Assembly (NCBI GenBank): GCA_965644265.1
Contig: OZ286476.1
Coordinates: forward strand, 48,298,001-48,362,000
Direction of reading: 5' to 3'
DNA from: Glycera tridactyla
Taxonomy: Eukaryota
Length of the DNA stretch: 64,000 nucleotides
Shown here: positions 48,131 to 61,704 of the stretch, in pieces
Position numbering within the stretch: the stretch's first letter is position 1
How the letters are laid out: each line of letters opens with the position of its first letter
Notes under the pieces: generated by a model
Told to the model about the DNA's origin: nothing
The model's input: only the letters and a program-made list of their open reading frames with translations
The model's database searches: none
Translations under genes and position numbers: made by a program

Positions 48131-49449
48131 AGGGCAACTAGAAATGTAATCCAAGTTCCTTTGTATAGTTCATCCTAGAGCACCAAATACGTCAGTTTCA
48201 TGCTGGTTACACCACGAGTGCAGCGGCTATATCTCCAATTTTCCACATACAAAGATTTGCTGATAATGCCGGCAGATTTGCTGTAAGAATGTGATGAAAT
48301 GAGTCTACATCTACTTCAAAAGCGAGCAAAGAATTGGAGACCTGAACCGATGATCACCAGAGGTTCGATACAAACAATTTGTGCCTTCAAAACTGGAATA
48401 TGCTGAGTAATGGTAAGATAATCTTGTGAAACGTACCCGCCATGTTTGGATTTGATAAGGTATGATCACATAACATCCAGTTTCAACTCATATGCTGATT
48501 CATTCCGGGGAAATCAACTTAGTTTGCTTGCAGATAATCTCAGAAAAAATATCCATCATATGAACAAATGATGATACATCATGTAATAAAGTCTCTCAAC
48601 CTCAATGTCAACCTCAATGTCACATGTCATTTTCACCCTAGCATCATAAATTGGCATTGGATAGAAATGAAACTCAAACTTTTTCAACATCTTCAGTTAC
48701 TAGAAATGTGATCTCAGTGAGTTTCGCCCTTGTATTATGCAACCTAGTGTGCAAAATATGTTGATTTCATGCTGTTTTCATAGCACGGGTGGTGGCCGTG
48801 TTCCCTTTGTTTTTATGCAAAGAACTGCCAATAATGTCGGCAAACTTGCTGTATAAATGCAATAAATGAGAGCACATCCTCCTCATAAACAGACAATCTC
48901 TATTCGCTAATGTGGTTTGATGATAGCCAGAATACCTCATTAATCAAGTTGTCATTAAAACTCAAATCAGGTGAAGAATGATTTAAAATGTGACCGTCAC
49001 ATATTGGCTCTGACAGACTATATCTATCCTCATAATCTGTTAGTAAGTTCACAGTCCACAAATGACAAGAATCTTGCGGAAATATTATCGAAAAAATCAA
49101 AACATAGCACACTGTCTGTCAACCAGAACATAAGTGATAAAACCTATAAAGCAATATTTATATTATTACATTGTACTTACCTTGACTGGACGGGCTGTTT
49201 GGTAGAATTGATGAAGGGGTGGTACCCATCTTTTAGCAAAGTCCAAAATATGGAATTCCAGGCCCAGCTTGTAGATGGTAATAATTGATAAATGTATGTC
49301 CCATGGATGGTTGAAAAATCTCACATGAAGCAGATATAATCTGCAAACTCCCCTCCTCTAAGCCATCCTGTGTCCCTGCACCTCTACTCCACAACCCCAG
49401 AAGAGCAATGCTGGTTGTTCAAGCAAAAAAACTCTGCCGCTCTAAACAC

Positions 49450-51010
49450 AATCTGGCAAACCAGCAAACAGCGGCAGGCGAAAATCTGGCGGAATTTACA
49501 GGGAGCTAGTTGAAGGTACATCACCGGGCTGGCCCCAGCAAATGTGGCGAGAGGTATAAGCAACTATACTTAGGTAGCCTACAAGCCTAACCCAGGTACT
49601 CGGGCCACCGAACGCCATGTTTACAGCCCGTATCAGTTCAATTTACCAACAGCGACTTTGAACGCCGAACAACATCGAATCAACCAAAACCTTCAACGCA
49701 AACTCTAATAATCTGCAGATAGATGTTCATAATTGACGATGCATGTATTTATATCATGCACTGGGCCACAACTTGGCTCGAGATGCTTCCAATCCTGATT
49801 TTGTCCCGTTCAGCAAAATCTGTACCAGCCAGCAAACCATAAAGACGCAATTTACCCAGTTACCTGTGGTCGCTCGCCTTGGCTTTTCTTGTTGCTGATG
49901 AGGATCTTTAGAAGAATGGGATATCCTATCCCTGGAGTCCGGGATCATCCTGTTCTACCGTCAGAAGCAAAATCTCACCCAAGTTTAGTTGTGACTTCCT
50001 TTCTGCTCACGTTTGTGTGTCGCGTAATCGTCTGCATGACTCCGGTGACCACGTGCGCCGCGCGCTTCTCAAACTTTCCCGCGTAGTGAAGTGAAACTGA
50101 CATGTGCGAGTTCCTTCAACTCTCTTGATAGGTCGCCAACGAAAAGTAAAACTTTATGAAATTCACGGATATTCAGTATCATGACTCTGAGGCTGGTTTT
50201 ACCAGCCGTTATACGCCCTTATTTAGTATGGATTCCATTGAAATTCTTTAAATTCGGTGTATTCCAGAATAGCATTCACCCCTGTCGGGGGGTTGTTTCA
50301 TGTCTCGCGAACACCAGCTGGGCCATAATAGGATACACGCAATGAGCATTCAAGATCATTCAAGATTCCTTATTCTGGGTCCTCAATGGAAGGTGAATCG
50401 ATATGAAAATCACAGTTCAATCTTTAGATGGCAGTCGCCAAAGAGCATGAGGCCTTCACTTCGAGGTTTCATATTTTCGAACTGCTGTGGCATGGTTGCC
50501 CCCTTTTTCCGTCGGAGACGGTACTGTTTTCGGTTTGGGACTCCCTCTCATTATAGACAATACTATCGTCCATATTATGAAGTGGTTTGACAAGGTTCAC
50601 CTCACACAGTAAGTAGGCAACCATTTGCAAACAGCTGCTATAGAACCTTCAGAATTAAACCAAAACTGCATGAAAAATAAGCGATTTGTGTTGAAAACAT
50701 TAGCGATTTCATGAAATAATGCTAAACTTGGATATTGTAAATGAATAACTGCCTGAGAACGTCGAGAAAGAAAAATATTTTTTGTAGAGCGACACACAGT
50801 GGTCAAAGACTGCGCCATTACTCGGGAAACCCCTCCGTGACATCATTACGACCAGCAAACATGGCGCGCTTGGAAGAAGCCGCCTTTCACTCGATAGTTC
50901 ACTGTTTTTGGCGAGTATACGACGGATTCAGTCAGCCAACTAGTCAATCTGCTAGCTAGCTGGACAACGCACCAGTCAGCCAGCCAGCCAACCCGCCAGC
51001 CAGCCAGCTA
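49450..51010. promoter_or_regulatory. CpG-rich putative bidirectional promoter region
   Basis: CpG density is visibly higher than in the flanks. Divergent AAACATGGCG sites lie at 49618 (-) and 50861 (+). E-box CACGTG at 50050-55, E2F-type TTTCCCGCG at 50075-83, CRE-like TGACATCA at 50838-45. Confidence 0.45.
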
Positions 51011-52077
51011 CTTATTTGCATCTGCCTAACATCCGGCTGTATAACCAGGGACGCTCAATGTAATGGCCAGAGTAGGCAGAGAAAGACAGCTGACATGGGG
51101 CGGGGTGTGTAGGGGATGTAATGAGGGTGTCAGCCTGGCAGACTAATGGCCTGTCATGCTGGCCTGAAAATAAACATGGGACAATTTCACTCTGCCATAC
51201 ATACCCACCCACAACTGGATTTGTCGTATATTTCATATATTTCACGAAAAGTGTGTCCTCGGATTGGCGGAATGTTATCAAGTTATTGACATTAGATGGA
51301 AAATGGATTTCATGTATATCTTGCCATGAGNNNNNNNNNNNNNNNNNNNNNNNNNNNNNNNNNNNNNNNNNNNNNNNNNNNNNNNNNNNNNNNNNNNNNN
51401 NNNNNNNNNNNNNNNNNNNNNNNNNNNNNNNNNNNNNNNNNNNNNNNNNNNNNNNNNNNNNNNNNNNNNNNNNNNNNNNNNNNNNNNNNNNNNNNNNNNN
51501 NNNNNNNNNNNNNNNNNNNNNNNNNNNNNNNNNNNNNNNNNNNNNNNNNNNNNNNNNNNNNNNNNNNNNNNNNNNNNNNNNNNNNNNNNNNNNNNNNNNN
51601 TTTGGAGCACACAGTGTTATGTATATGACAAGGGGCGTCTGTAACTCATATGTTATTATAGTTGTGCAAGCTGTTGTGATGTCAGCCAGACAACCTTCAT
51701 CTGTTGCAAATGCGGCGTGTCGCCATTCATCAGCTTCAGTGAAGGCAGTCTGGCCCACACACAACTATAATATAGCAAAGCAGAGACACGTAATTCTGGG
51801 TATAACAGTGTTAGCACTTATCGTGCTATCCATGAACAACTGTTGAACTGAAATTTTAAAAATACATCATTGCAAATCCGATTCGAGTTCAACAGTACGC
51901 GCCCTCCCAAAAGTACAAACTTTTCTGAAGTTATGATCCATCAGATACTTGCAACCTTTTTTTCCCCCATTATCTTATGCTCTGGGATTGTGAGAGTGGT
52001 GCCTGCAGCAGAGGAAGAGTCAGTTTTCATGGATCTGCAGTGTACGTAATTCATTGGGTTGATGCATACCTCACACA

Positions 52078-52497
52078 CTAACCAACTAAGCAACCAGTCA
52101 ACCAACCCACCAACCCTCAACCAACCTGCCAACCAGTCAACCAACCCACCAACCATCAACCAACCTGCCAACCAGTCAACCAACCCACCAACCATCAACC
52201 AACCTGCCAACCAGTCAACCAACCCACCAACCAATCAACCAACCTGCCAACCAGTCAACCAACCCACCAACCAATCAACCAACCTGCCAACCAGTCAACC
52301 AACCCACCAACCAATCAACCTACCTGCCAACCAGTCAACCAATCCACCAACCAATCAACCGACCTGCCAACCAGTCAACCAATCCACCAACCAATCAACC
52401 AACCTGCCAACCAGTCAACCAACCCACCAACCAATCAACCAACCTGCCAACCAGTCAACCAATCCACCAACCAATCAACCGACTTACCAATCAATCA
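52078..52497. repeat. A/C-rich higher-order repeat, 39-40-bp unit built from (CCAA)n
   Basis: AACCTGCCAACCAGTCAACCAACCCACCAACCAATCAACC, about 10 copies. Confidence 0.92.
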
Positions 52498-53311
52498 AAT
52501 ACGGTTAGGTATGCTTTGTGAGCGAGCTGGATGTTCAGTCCTCGCAAACATAGAGGCCAAGGTCACTGCGTATAACAAGAGCACCAAGGCACATACTGGA
52601 CACTTCGCTCAATCGGCTATCCCGGACACCTGCATTTCCACGCATGAATGTTCAATGTCAAAACTAACACACTTTCTCTCTCATCGAACAAGCATTCATA
52701 TATTTCCACCTCGAGAACAAGTGTATCGTGACAATTTACTTGGAGGTGAAGCATAACACTAGTAGATTTTGTATTCATACACCTACTGAGACCAATAATT
52801 CCACTCAATCACGTGTGCACAGAAATATGCATACACACGAATCATCTGTGGCAAAGCAGCAAAAATGCATGCGGATCGAGTTGGATGGATAATATTCCAC
52901 TTGGTGATCTTGTCATATGATCTCACAAGGCCTCAATCATGCAAATTTGACGGGACTATTCTGTATGAGCAATGACACTCTTTGATAAAGGCACTGTCAA
53001 TTAATCGGCACCATAAACGGTTAGTAGATTGAATTGATTCAATTGCCCATTTGATTGTTTTCTATCCTCAATAGAATTGTTTCGACACATCAGACTAGAT
53101 ACCACAAATATCATTCCATATTGATGAAATGATCATGACAGTGCTCAGATGCCGACAATTTTGCAAGAAACAGATTCGATGATGGCATGAGAGACATTGT
53201 GAGCAAATTCTTCAAGAACACCTTCTGTGGCTAGACATCATTACATTTGATATTGTTTAGGTATCTGACGAAACACGCTGTTGTTTTCACTAATGCCGAT
53301 GCTGTAATTGG

Positions 53312-53342
<31 letters not shown>

Positions 53343-53628
53343 GCTGTTATAGTTGCTGTACATAATACATCTGTTGTTCCTGCTACTACTTCTAAGGATT
53401 GAAAAGCCTTCATAATCTCCATTTCTACATGTCCTTCTCTTCCAAGTATATATCACACTACATGGCAACAGGTACACATTGAAGCCCTGACTCCCCATGC
53501 TTTAAAATACATCCAACAATAATCAGATTTTGTTTGTTTGAGGTTTAACTTATATGGCACTAATGAAACCTCTCGGCCTAACGATGAGTAGGATTTCCTG
53601 ACATATAAGTGTAAGCTTTGAAAGAAAG

Positions 53629-53940
53629 TCAAGAGGCGCATCCGACGATGACCTTCTGAATGTCAGTGTCAGAGGTTCCTTCCGAGTGAAACACGAGCGT
53701 GCCACCAGATGTCAGGTGAGGTGTTGATCCCTCAGACAGGAAGTCAGGTTCAGCAGCCAGGCAGCCACGGCCTGGGTGAGTGAGGCTAAACAGAAAGGGC
53801 ACTCGATGGTCCCGCCTCTCAAATGAACGTGTCCACGGATCAGCAGGTCCACTTTCAACAAACACCAGGATGTCTGTTAGCCAGAATAGATTTGTTTTTA
53901 TTACGAGCTCATCGCAACTGTCAGCACCAGAAGCCATTAT
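53629..53940 (-). CDS. Candidate exon or short ORF (IMASGADSCDELVIKTNLFWL...), unrecognised
   Basis: Acceptor aaactttctctttcctcttcag at 53941, followed by about 100 open codons. All three + frames have stops here. There is no clear donor and no recognisable domain. Confidence 0.25.
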   Translation of the reverse strand: MMASGADSCDELVIKTNLFWLTDILVFVESGPADPWTRSFERRDHRVPFLFSLTHPGRGCLAAEPDFLSEGSTPHLTSGGTLVFHSEGTSDTDIQKVIVGCAS

Positions 53941-54439
53941 CTGAAGAGGAAAGAGAAAGTTTAGAGGTATTTTTAGATGGAGAGAAAGTTGTTCGGATAT
54001 GCAGTGTAATATGCACACAAAGCCACATCTATACAAAGCCCATCTGCCTTCAAGGACCATTCTGAGCGATGACAGCAATAGTACTTTATTCAACAAGCAA
54101 CCTCTCAACAAAGACCACTTGTCTAGGAAAGGATTTCATTTGATTTCAGATGGTTTAGTTGATAAGAAGATATCACTCGCCCAGGGAAAGTAATTTTTGG
54201 TAGATGGTGCTTGAAATTTATTGAGTTCAATAATTAGCGCGAAGTTAAACTTGAAGACAAGGGAGAGAGGGGGAGGGAGGGAGGGAGAGAGAGGGGTAGA
54301 TAATTTGGGTGAGTGGTTCTGATTAAACGTCCCTTCAGCGCCATGTGTGCTATACTGAGACGTCCATGCAATGGACATTGCAAGTCTTATGAAGTAAGGA
54401 AATCGACCATGGCTATCGAACTTCTGGATAAGGCCGGCC

Positions 54440-54611
54440 ATATAAACAGGAATCTATTCTTGTATACAAGTAAAAGAACCACTGGTGTCTTTTGCAAGGG
54501 GTAGGAATGGCCCCCGACAGTGGTGAATCTTTTCTTCAGCATTTTCAGTTTGATATAAGCCATGAAGGTTGAACGGACATTAGACTCAAACAAACAAACA
54601 AACAAACAGAC
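54440..54611 (+). mobile_element. SINE family C, + strand copy
   Basis: AAAAGAACCACTGGTGTCTTTTGCAAGGGGTAGGAATGG...GGACATTAGACT(CAAA)n. Confidence 0.65.
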
Positions 54612-57600
54612 AAAATTAGCATAGTGACGCCTGATTGCGATGAGGTATAAGTGCTGGATGCATCTAAAGTCATGGCCGTAATGACGGAATAATCACTTCC
54701 AACCAAACCAAGCAGCAATGCACTACTACTGTCACTAGCGTATTAAATTCAAGTTGTCTTTGGGTTCCGCCGGTGGTAATCAAACAGTTCGTCCGTTTGC
54801 GGCTGAAGAATCTCTCCCCTCTTGCTTATTTTCTCAAAGCATTCCCAGGCAATTATTTCATGAGGTTGCCATGTTTTCTTTGCTGCTTCTTTACATCAGA
54901 AGCACCCCATATTATTCTAACCCTATTTGGGCCAGTTTCACTACATTTGATTGTAATACGACCATTTCAGAGGAGAGCAGGGTGTGATGGGACCCTAGTG
55001 TCGTGTCAACAGAATCTTATCAAAGGCATCCCTTTAGATTGAAGATAATTTAGAGCCTTGGTGAAATACGTCCTTCGAGCAACATTGGGGGTATGTTGAT
55101 CTGTTGCTGAACGTCTCCCACCTGCTGTTGTTGGCAAAATTAGAGCTGCTACTGCAAGTGCAAACGTCCATGAGTGTGTGTGTGTGTGAGGGGGGGGGGG
55201 GTGCAAACAGGTGGGGCAGGTGCGAATACAGCTCCACCTGTTCTGACCAGTATTTGATCAATTCAGATTCTCTATCTGTCTGTCTGTCATGGGACAGATG
55301 GAGTACAGGATCTCTTCAGATGGCAACCACCAATGGGCAAGTGGCGTTTACTTAAATGTTCCATGCTCACGGAAAAAAGATGCAGTCGCTCCTGTTTGAA
55401 AGACCACCTCTATACTAAGGCTACCTGCCCACAAATCCCACTCGAGCCGTGATCGTGGTGGTGTTTTTTTTTCAGTAAACAAGTTCTCCACAAAGGCCAC
55501 TTGTCAACAAAGTCTACATTTCAATGCGACAGAAGTCGGTTTTGTCAGACTGTACGTCAATGATCCCAGAGTAACGTTACTGAACCCCGGATGGCAGATT
55601 CGGCAATAGGTACTGACCCCCGGGATGGCAGGTGTGACCAAGCCGGTGGCTCGATTTACTGGTACTTGAAGACTGTGGCGACAATCCGACATGTATCGAG
55701 TTAGGTGAAGACACTGTTCACAACAATGAGCAGGGCTCCTTCTCGGATGGGTGACCAAAATGGACAAGGTTCACCATTCAATACAGGACATACATGATCT
55801 GTGATTCTCACACAGGAGATACCTCTTCACTCAACCACTCCACTCACCCAGGTGTGAATGGGCACTTGGCTATGTGGCGATTGAGTAGAATTGATCTTCT
55901 TCTGCTTGGTGGTCCTACCATGTGATCTCACAAGACCGTGATCATGCAAACCACCAAGAACAAGATGATCAGTGGATTAAATTGCTTGAATGGTCTCTTG
56001 CTCAATACCCGTGATGGATAGAATTGTTTTGACACATCAAACTAGATACAAGTACCACAATGATAACTCCACATCGACAAAATGTTCATGACAGCGATCA
56101 GACAGACTTTGACGGTAGCGGCATAAGAGAATTTGCAAATTTTGAAAAACTGTCAGCCTTTGCAGAAAAAAAAGATTGTTCCAATGTGTATGTTTTCTAC
56201 GGGTGATTGCACTCCGATGTTCACTGGAAGATGGATGGGGTAGACTATAGTAGCCTGATTGGTTAGCTTGGTGGTTTTAAAAACCACCGGTGTTGCATGT
56301 AGCACCTGGGTACCACGCGGTAACCAGAACACCCCAGACAAAACAGAACACCATATCAAAATTAGAGGCAACACCACACCAAAACATGCGATTGTTTTCA
56401 AAACTATCTGATACTAAGACAATATAGGATAAACCATTTCAGAAGCATTTCTTTTGCCACGACAAAACATAACCGGAAACATCGGTGATTTTATTCATAA
56501 GAATGTAACACTTCTTTTTATCATATTACCTATACATATGCACATCATCTAAGGGAGACTGCATTGCCTGATATTGATCGATTGGCTGTCGATTAATGGC
56601 ATGTATCAGCCCACGGGGTTATATGAGTCATGTTATAATGATTCATGAAACCTGGATGTACTCTCCCAAGCAGGCATTACAGTACTTCCTTAAGCCCAGA
56701 ACACAAGATGATTGTGGTTAAGCTGATGCAGTTGACAGTTCAGACATATCTATATGTACTGGTTCCTGCAGGTAGCACTCCTGTAAGCCCAGAGCACAAG
56801 ATGATGGTGGTTAGGTTAATTGAAGGAGCCGACAGTTCAGACACACCTTCAGATTCTCCATATAGACCTGATAGCAGTGATTTTATGCAAAGCGCGGTAG
56901 TTGTAACAAAAATGCATCTGCATCTGAAAGATATTTTGGGGAGGAGAAGAAGAGATGGGGAGGTGTTACGCATTGGCCACATCATCTCCAATTGCGAAAC
57001 TTCAAAGTAAAGGACCCACGTTGATTGTTGGCTGTCATCTGAGATGAACCTTGGCCCCATCCTTCCCAAGCAACGAGTGAGAGGAAGAGATATCTGGGAT
57101 AGGTACTCTTCGGTACGGGTGACCTCCACCATTGTCTATCTGTCTCTTTCATGATGAATAATACCTGTTGGTTCTGAAGTATCAGCTTCCATGAAGAACA
57201 TGAAAAAACTCGCGTGGACAAAAATGACGATTTCTAACGAATTCACCACTTGCCTGTTGAAAATCTCTCAAAAAAGAACAATGCCATCCGACGTACAGAG
57301 ATCAACAAACCCACATGTATACATGAATAATTATACAAAAATCAATTGAAAGGTGGACATATTCGGTTAAAATTTGGCTAGCATTGTAGAGTGACACCTG
57401 CCGTTACAAGTGTCTAGTAATGTTGACCCCACTAGATGGCAGCAGCTACTTGCCCTCGATCACGCACAACTCTGGTTATCCCAGCTCGTGTGTTGTACGC
57501 TGAGAAAGTCTGAAGACCGTCGCACCTGTCTGCGAAAACAGCCCCTGGTTGCACAAGAAGCGCCTCGTGTAAACAGAGTGGTTGCTCATTGTAGAAAATG

Positions 57601-58243
57601 CTATAACAATCGCAGCCCAGAGTGGTCTTTGTAGGCAGCTATCTTTGTGGACACATTCACAGAGCCCGAGATCTCTCGAGCAGGTCGTTATCATTGTTAG
57701 CTACTACCTGAGGCTGAGCTGTCTATCTTTCAGGCTTCCGAGGTGATACCCGTGAGATTTGCCAGGATAGGTCAGACTTTCGTTTTCACCTACATTGTGA
57801 TGTTTCTGTCTTTCATGTCAATTCAGTCTATTTCTGAATTTTTGCTGAAAGTGTGTGATATTATTTTCAAATGAAGTGGATACCAAATGAAATACATAGT
57901 TGGCAGTTCAGCAATCTGGGAAGCACATGCAAGGGGTGAGGTGGGGTCACCGTTCCCGATCGGGAATAATCGCAGGACCGGCGAATGATTACTGGTTGGT
58001 TGGTGGTTGGTACCCAATGAAGGAAGAGTTGGTAGGTTGGTTGGCTGGTTGTGTGGGATTTGCCTGCGAGATCATATCGATAAAGATCCGGTGCGAGGGA
58101 TGATTGATTGATTGATTGATTGATTAGGGCTTACCCACGCAGGATTATTCGAGACTGAAGATAGGATCAGCTCTAAAACATAGTCTAGACGAATATTGGA
58201 ATTAAGAAGGGATGGAAGGAATGTTTGCCGGGTATTACATGTA

Positions 58244-58421
58244 CAGTCGAACCTCCTCTAAAGACCACCTCTCTATAAAGACCACCTCCCTATAAAGACC
58301 ACCCTGAGCTGCGACCGTGATAGTATTTTCAACAGTAAATGACCTCCCTATAAAGACCACCTCCCTCTAAAGACCACTTTTTGATGCGACTGAAGGTGGT
58401 CTTTATAGAGAGGTTCGACTG
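58244..58421. mobile_element. 178-bp MITE, AAAGACCACC subfamily
   Basis: TA|CAGTCGAACC ... GGTTCGACTG|TA; near-identical to 45814-45991. Confidence 0.95.
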
Positions 58422-59346
58422 TATATGTAGAATTTTTTTATTTTTCAATCTTTCTTCATGAGAATGAAAACTATTGGCTGGCGAATAAAGCACTCCTTGC
58501 GGGTACACTTGCATGTCTCGCATGCTCTAACGTGGATTGAAGAAACGTTGAGTATTAGCCAATCGTTCAATTGATCGATCGATCAATCAAACAATCAATC
58601 AATCAATCACCTTCCCTGGCTCAAAACCCAGATGGTAGGGGAATTATGATTAACGTCAGATGGAGACAGTTTTCGGTTCGTACATCCCCATCCCCACACC
58701 AGACACTATGTGACTGGCTCTTTAATGATTTGACTGCATTTGCTCCCTTCAAAGAATCCCCGGCCTCCTTTAAATTGGTGACTTGAAAGTAGGCCGTGGC
58801 GGCATCTGGTGGTGAGATCCACGTTGCTAGGGGAACAAACAATCCACTGCGCCATATTGGATCTTATTTACTACTATTATTTACTGCCATTGGTGTTTGC
58901 TCGAACTTATAGTTCCCAGTCACGCAGTCTGTGGTTATATACTGTGATAACTGGAGCCACAGACTTTGGTGGGAACTTCATATTTTACATAGACTCACNN
59001 NNNNNNNNNNNNNNNNNNNNNNNNNNNNNNNNNNNNNNNNNNNNNNNNNNNNNNNNNNNNNNNNNNNNNNNNNNNNNNNNNNNNNNNNNNNNNNNNNNNN
59101 NNNNNNNNNNNNNNNNNNNNNNNNNNNNNNNNNNNNNNNNNNNNNNNNNNNNNNNNNNNNNNNNNNNNNNNNNNNNNNNNNNNNNNNNNNNNNNNNNNNN
59201 NNNNNNNNNNNNNNNGTGACATGATGCACGGGCAACAGGTCAATATTTGGGTTTCATACGGGGTTTGAACCTACAACCTCTGGGTGAGGCACCAATCGCC
59301 AGCAGCGCACGCACACAGATACGCGCACACACGCACACAAACACAT

Positions 59347-59425
<79 letters not shown>

Positions 59426-60404
59426 CACACTAACCACTACATCATTGCCAAGACACCTGTCACCCTCTTGTCAGTCAGATGATAATTGGAAACAGGGAAG
59501 CATTAACACGTTAGCCCTCGCTCCATTTCCCCATGTAATGAACAAGTCAAGGTGGCCAAGTGCCAGATCCATAAATCCATGACTCGCAGGGGGGTCCAGC
59601 ATATAATCCAATGATATATCTGTGATGGCGAAATCTGTTTATTACATCGCTCTATTCACTCTATGGCCAATCTACGTCCAGTAGTGACGTCATCAATGCC
59701 TGCAGCTTCTGACGAGACTGTGTCGTTCATGGGAATCCTGAATACCCGTGGCAGGTGCAACCATCATGTAGCAAGTGAAGAGCATTGTTCACACCTGTGA
59801 GCATGGCTCCTGCTCGGCTGGGTGACCAAAACGTACAAGGTTTACTATTCAATACTGGATCTGCACCATTACACAGATCTAGATGATTTGCACTTCTCAC
59901 ACTGGAGGCACCCCTGTCGATGTCTATGTATGGATAAGGTATCAATGAAGTATTTTGTATTTTTTATCTTGTAAGCCAGTCAACGAAGCAAGCAGGCAAT
60001 CAACCAACCAATCATATTGGATCCAATCTTAAATCGACCAATCCAGTCATATCTACGACTTCTCTGTGGAGAGTTCTATGTGCCAGTGAGGTCGGAGTCT
60101 GAGGTTGATATAGGTGAACATGGCAATGAAAGGGTTGATGAGGAATTTTGGCATGGCCATTTAACCAGCGAAACAGTTTGTTTGTTGCTCCCTGCTCATG
60201 TAACAGGTGCACGGACAACCCCAGCAAGCATGTCGGGGTAGGAAAAAGTGAGAAATGGGCAACCTTTCTGACCTGAGTGACTTGAACATCCATCATTCAG
60301 GATTGCGTGGAAAAAATGAGGAGGAATGGATTGAAACTGTTCATAAATAGACCCGACTCACACGGTCAATCACAAATGAAACTGGTCAATGGAAAGCCGA
60401 ATCT

Positions 60405-60549
60405 GACTTCAAAGACCATTGTCCTTGCAGACAGGTGACCTTCTAAGAGAGGTTGTTCTCCAAGGAGAGTACTGTGTGACCAGATCTCCGGGCGACTTTG
60501 TGGGCAAGATGCTTCTGTATAGAGGTGGTCTCTCGAGCAGGTTCGACTG
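60405..60549. mobile_element. Right part of a degenerate MITE
   Basis: GAGGTGGTCTCTCGAGCAGGTTCGACTG|TA. Confidence 0.65.
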
Positions 60550-61364
60550 TACGTGACATGCTACTCCGTTCGGTGATATTCTAATTCTACTGGTACTTCA
60601 TGCTTGTTGTGTCCACCAACGGCTGAATCTGTGAGGTGAGGTGAGGTGAGGTGAGGCTTGGTTGTTTGTATTACATCTCGTGAGCACCACATGGGCTACA
60701 CTGAGACACCAATGCAATGGGCATGGGTAGCATCATTCAACAATCCTTCTTCTGGGTCCCTAACAGGAGGTGAAAATTTATGACATTCACAGATTCCCAA
60801 GGGGTCATTTCTGGTATCTGGGATGTTGATCACAGTGAGACTTTGTGAATGTGAGATTGATTTGAACGACTCCCACCAGGTGAAATAGCTGTGACCACTG
60901 TGATATATTGTGAGCAAGATGAGATGAGGTGATGGTTTTGTTCGGTCGAGGTTTACAGGCATGAATCACCCAGAGGACTATGTTTGCCGTGTATTCCTGA
61001 CCTAGATACTCTTTGTCCCCTGCAGGTGCACCACTTTCACAAACACTCTGTAAAAGATGACAGGGAGCCCGAAAGGTTGTCAAGTGTAAGTAGCTGACAG
61101 TTCAGACACATCTCTACATATCTTACATGGACACATTGAATCCAAGGATGGCATAACTATGTAACTTGCTCGAAGCTTAAACACAATCCTGAAAGCGATC
61201 CTTCCTTCCTTGTTTTATTCTATAACAAAGTGCAGTACTTGAAACTAGTTAGAACATCACCCTCCTCCAGTGACGTCTATACTACCAGGTGATTCCATCG
61301 ACTGAGATACACAGGCAATCACTCGCTGGAGGCATCCTATTGTGATAACATCTTTAATTGGCAG

Positions 61365-61704
61365 GTCTAAGCTTGGTGAGTCACAGGATTTTGAGTCACA
61401 GGACAAGGAGAGGGAGCCACTGAGGGCAAGACGGGCATTTAGGGTGCCGAATGCTGCCAAGAATTCTACGGCGTCGCTGGGAACCACAGAAGGCATTGTG
61501 AGTGACTATACAAAGAAGACAAGTTTAATGGCACCCTAAACCAGCATAGGAAGCGAGAGATAAGGTCATCAATTAGTGTCTGAGACTTGGTGTGCTGCAT
61601 CTGGTGCCGCTGTGACAGTTTCAGAAAGAGAAATGCTTCTCAGATTCTTCAGTATCAAACTGGGGCGTGACAGATGGTAGCTGTGTCAACGAGATTTGCA
61701 CATC
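61365..61704 (+). CDS. Candidate host exons 61365-61497 and 61625-61704 (SKLGESQDFESQDKEREPLRARRAFRVPNAAKNSTASLGTTEGI-KEKCFSDSSVSNWGVTDGSCVNEICT)
   Basis: Both end in GTGAGT donors (61498, 61705) and have AG acceptors (61364, 61624). The phase-0 junction is compatible. An alternative minus-strand reading also exists. Confidence 0.35.

Noticed and set aside
52059-52508. 149-aa Asn/Gln/Pro/Thr-rich ORF
   Set aside because: Translation of the (CCAA)n-derived repeat, whose 40-bp period is not frame-preserving
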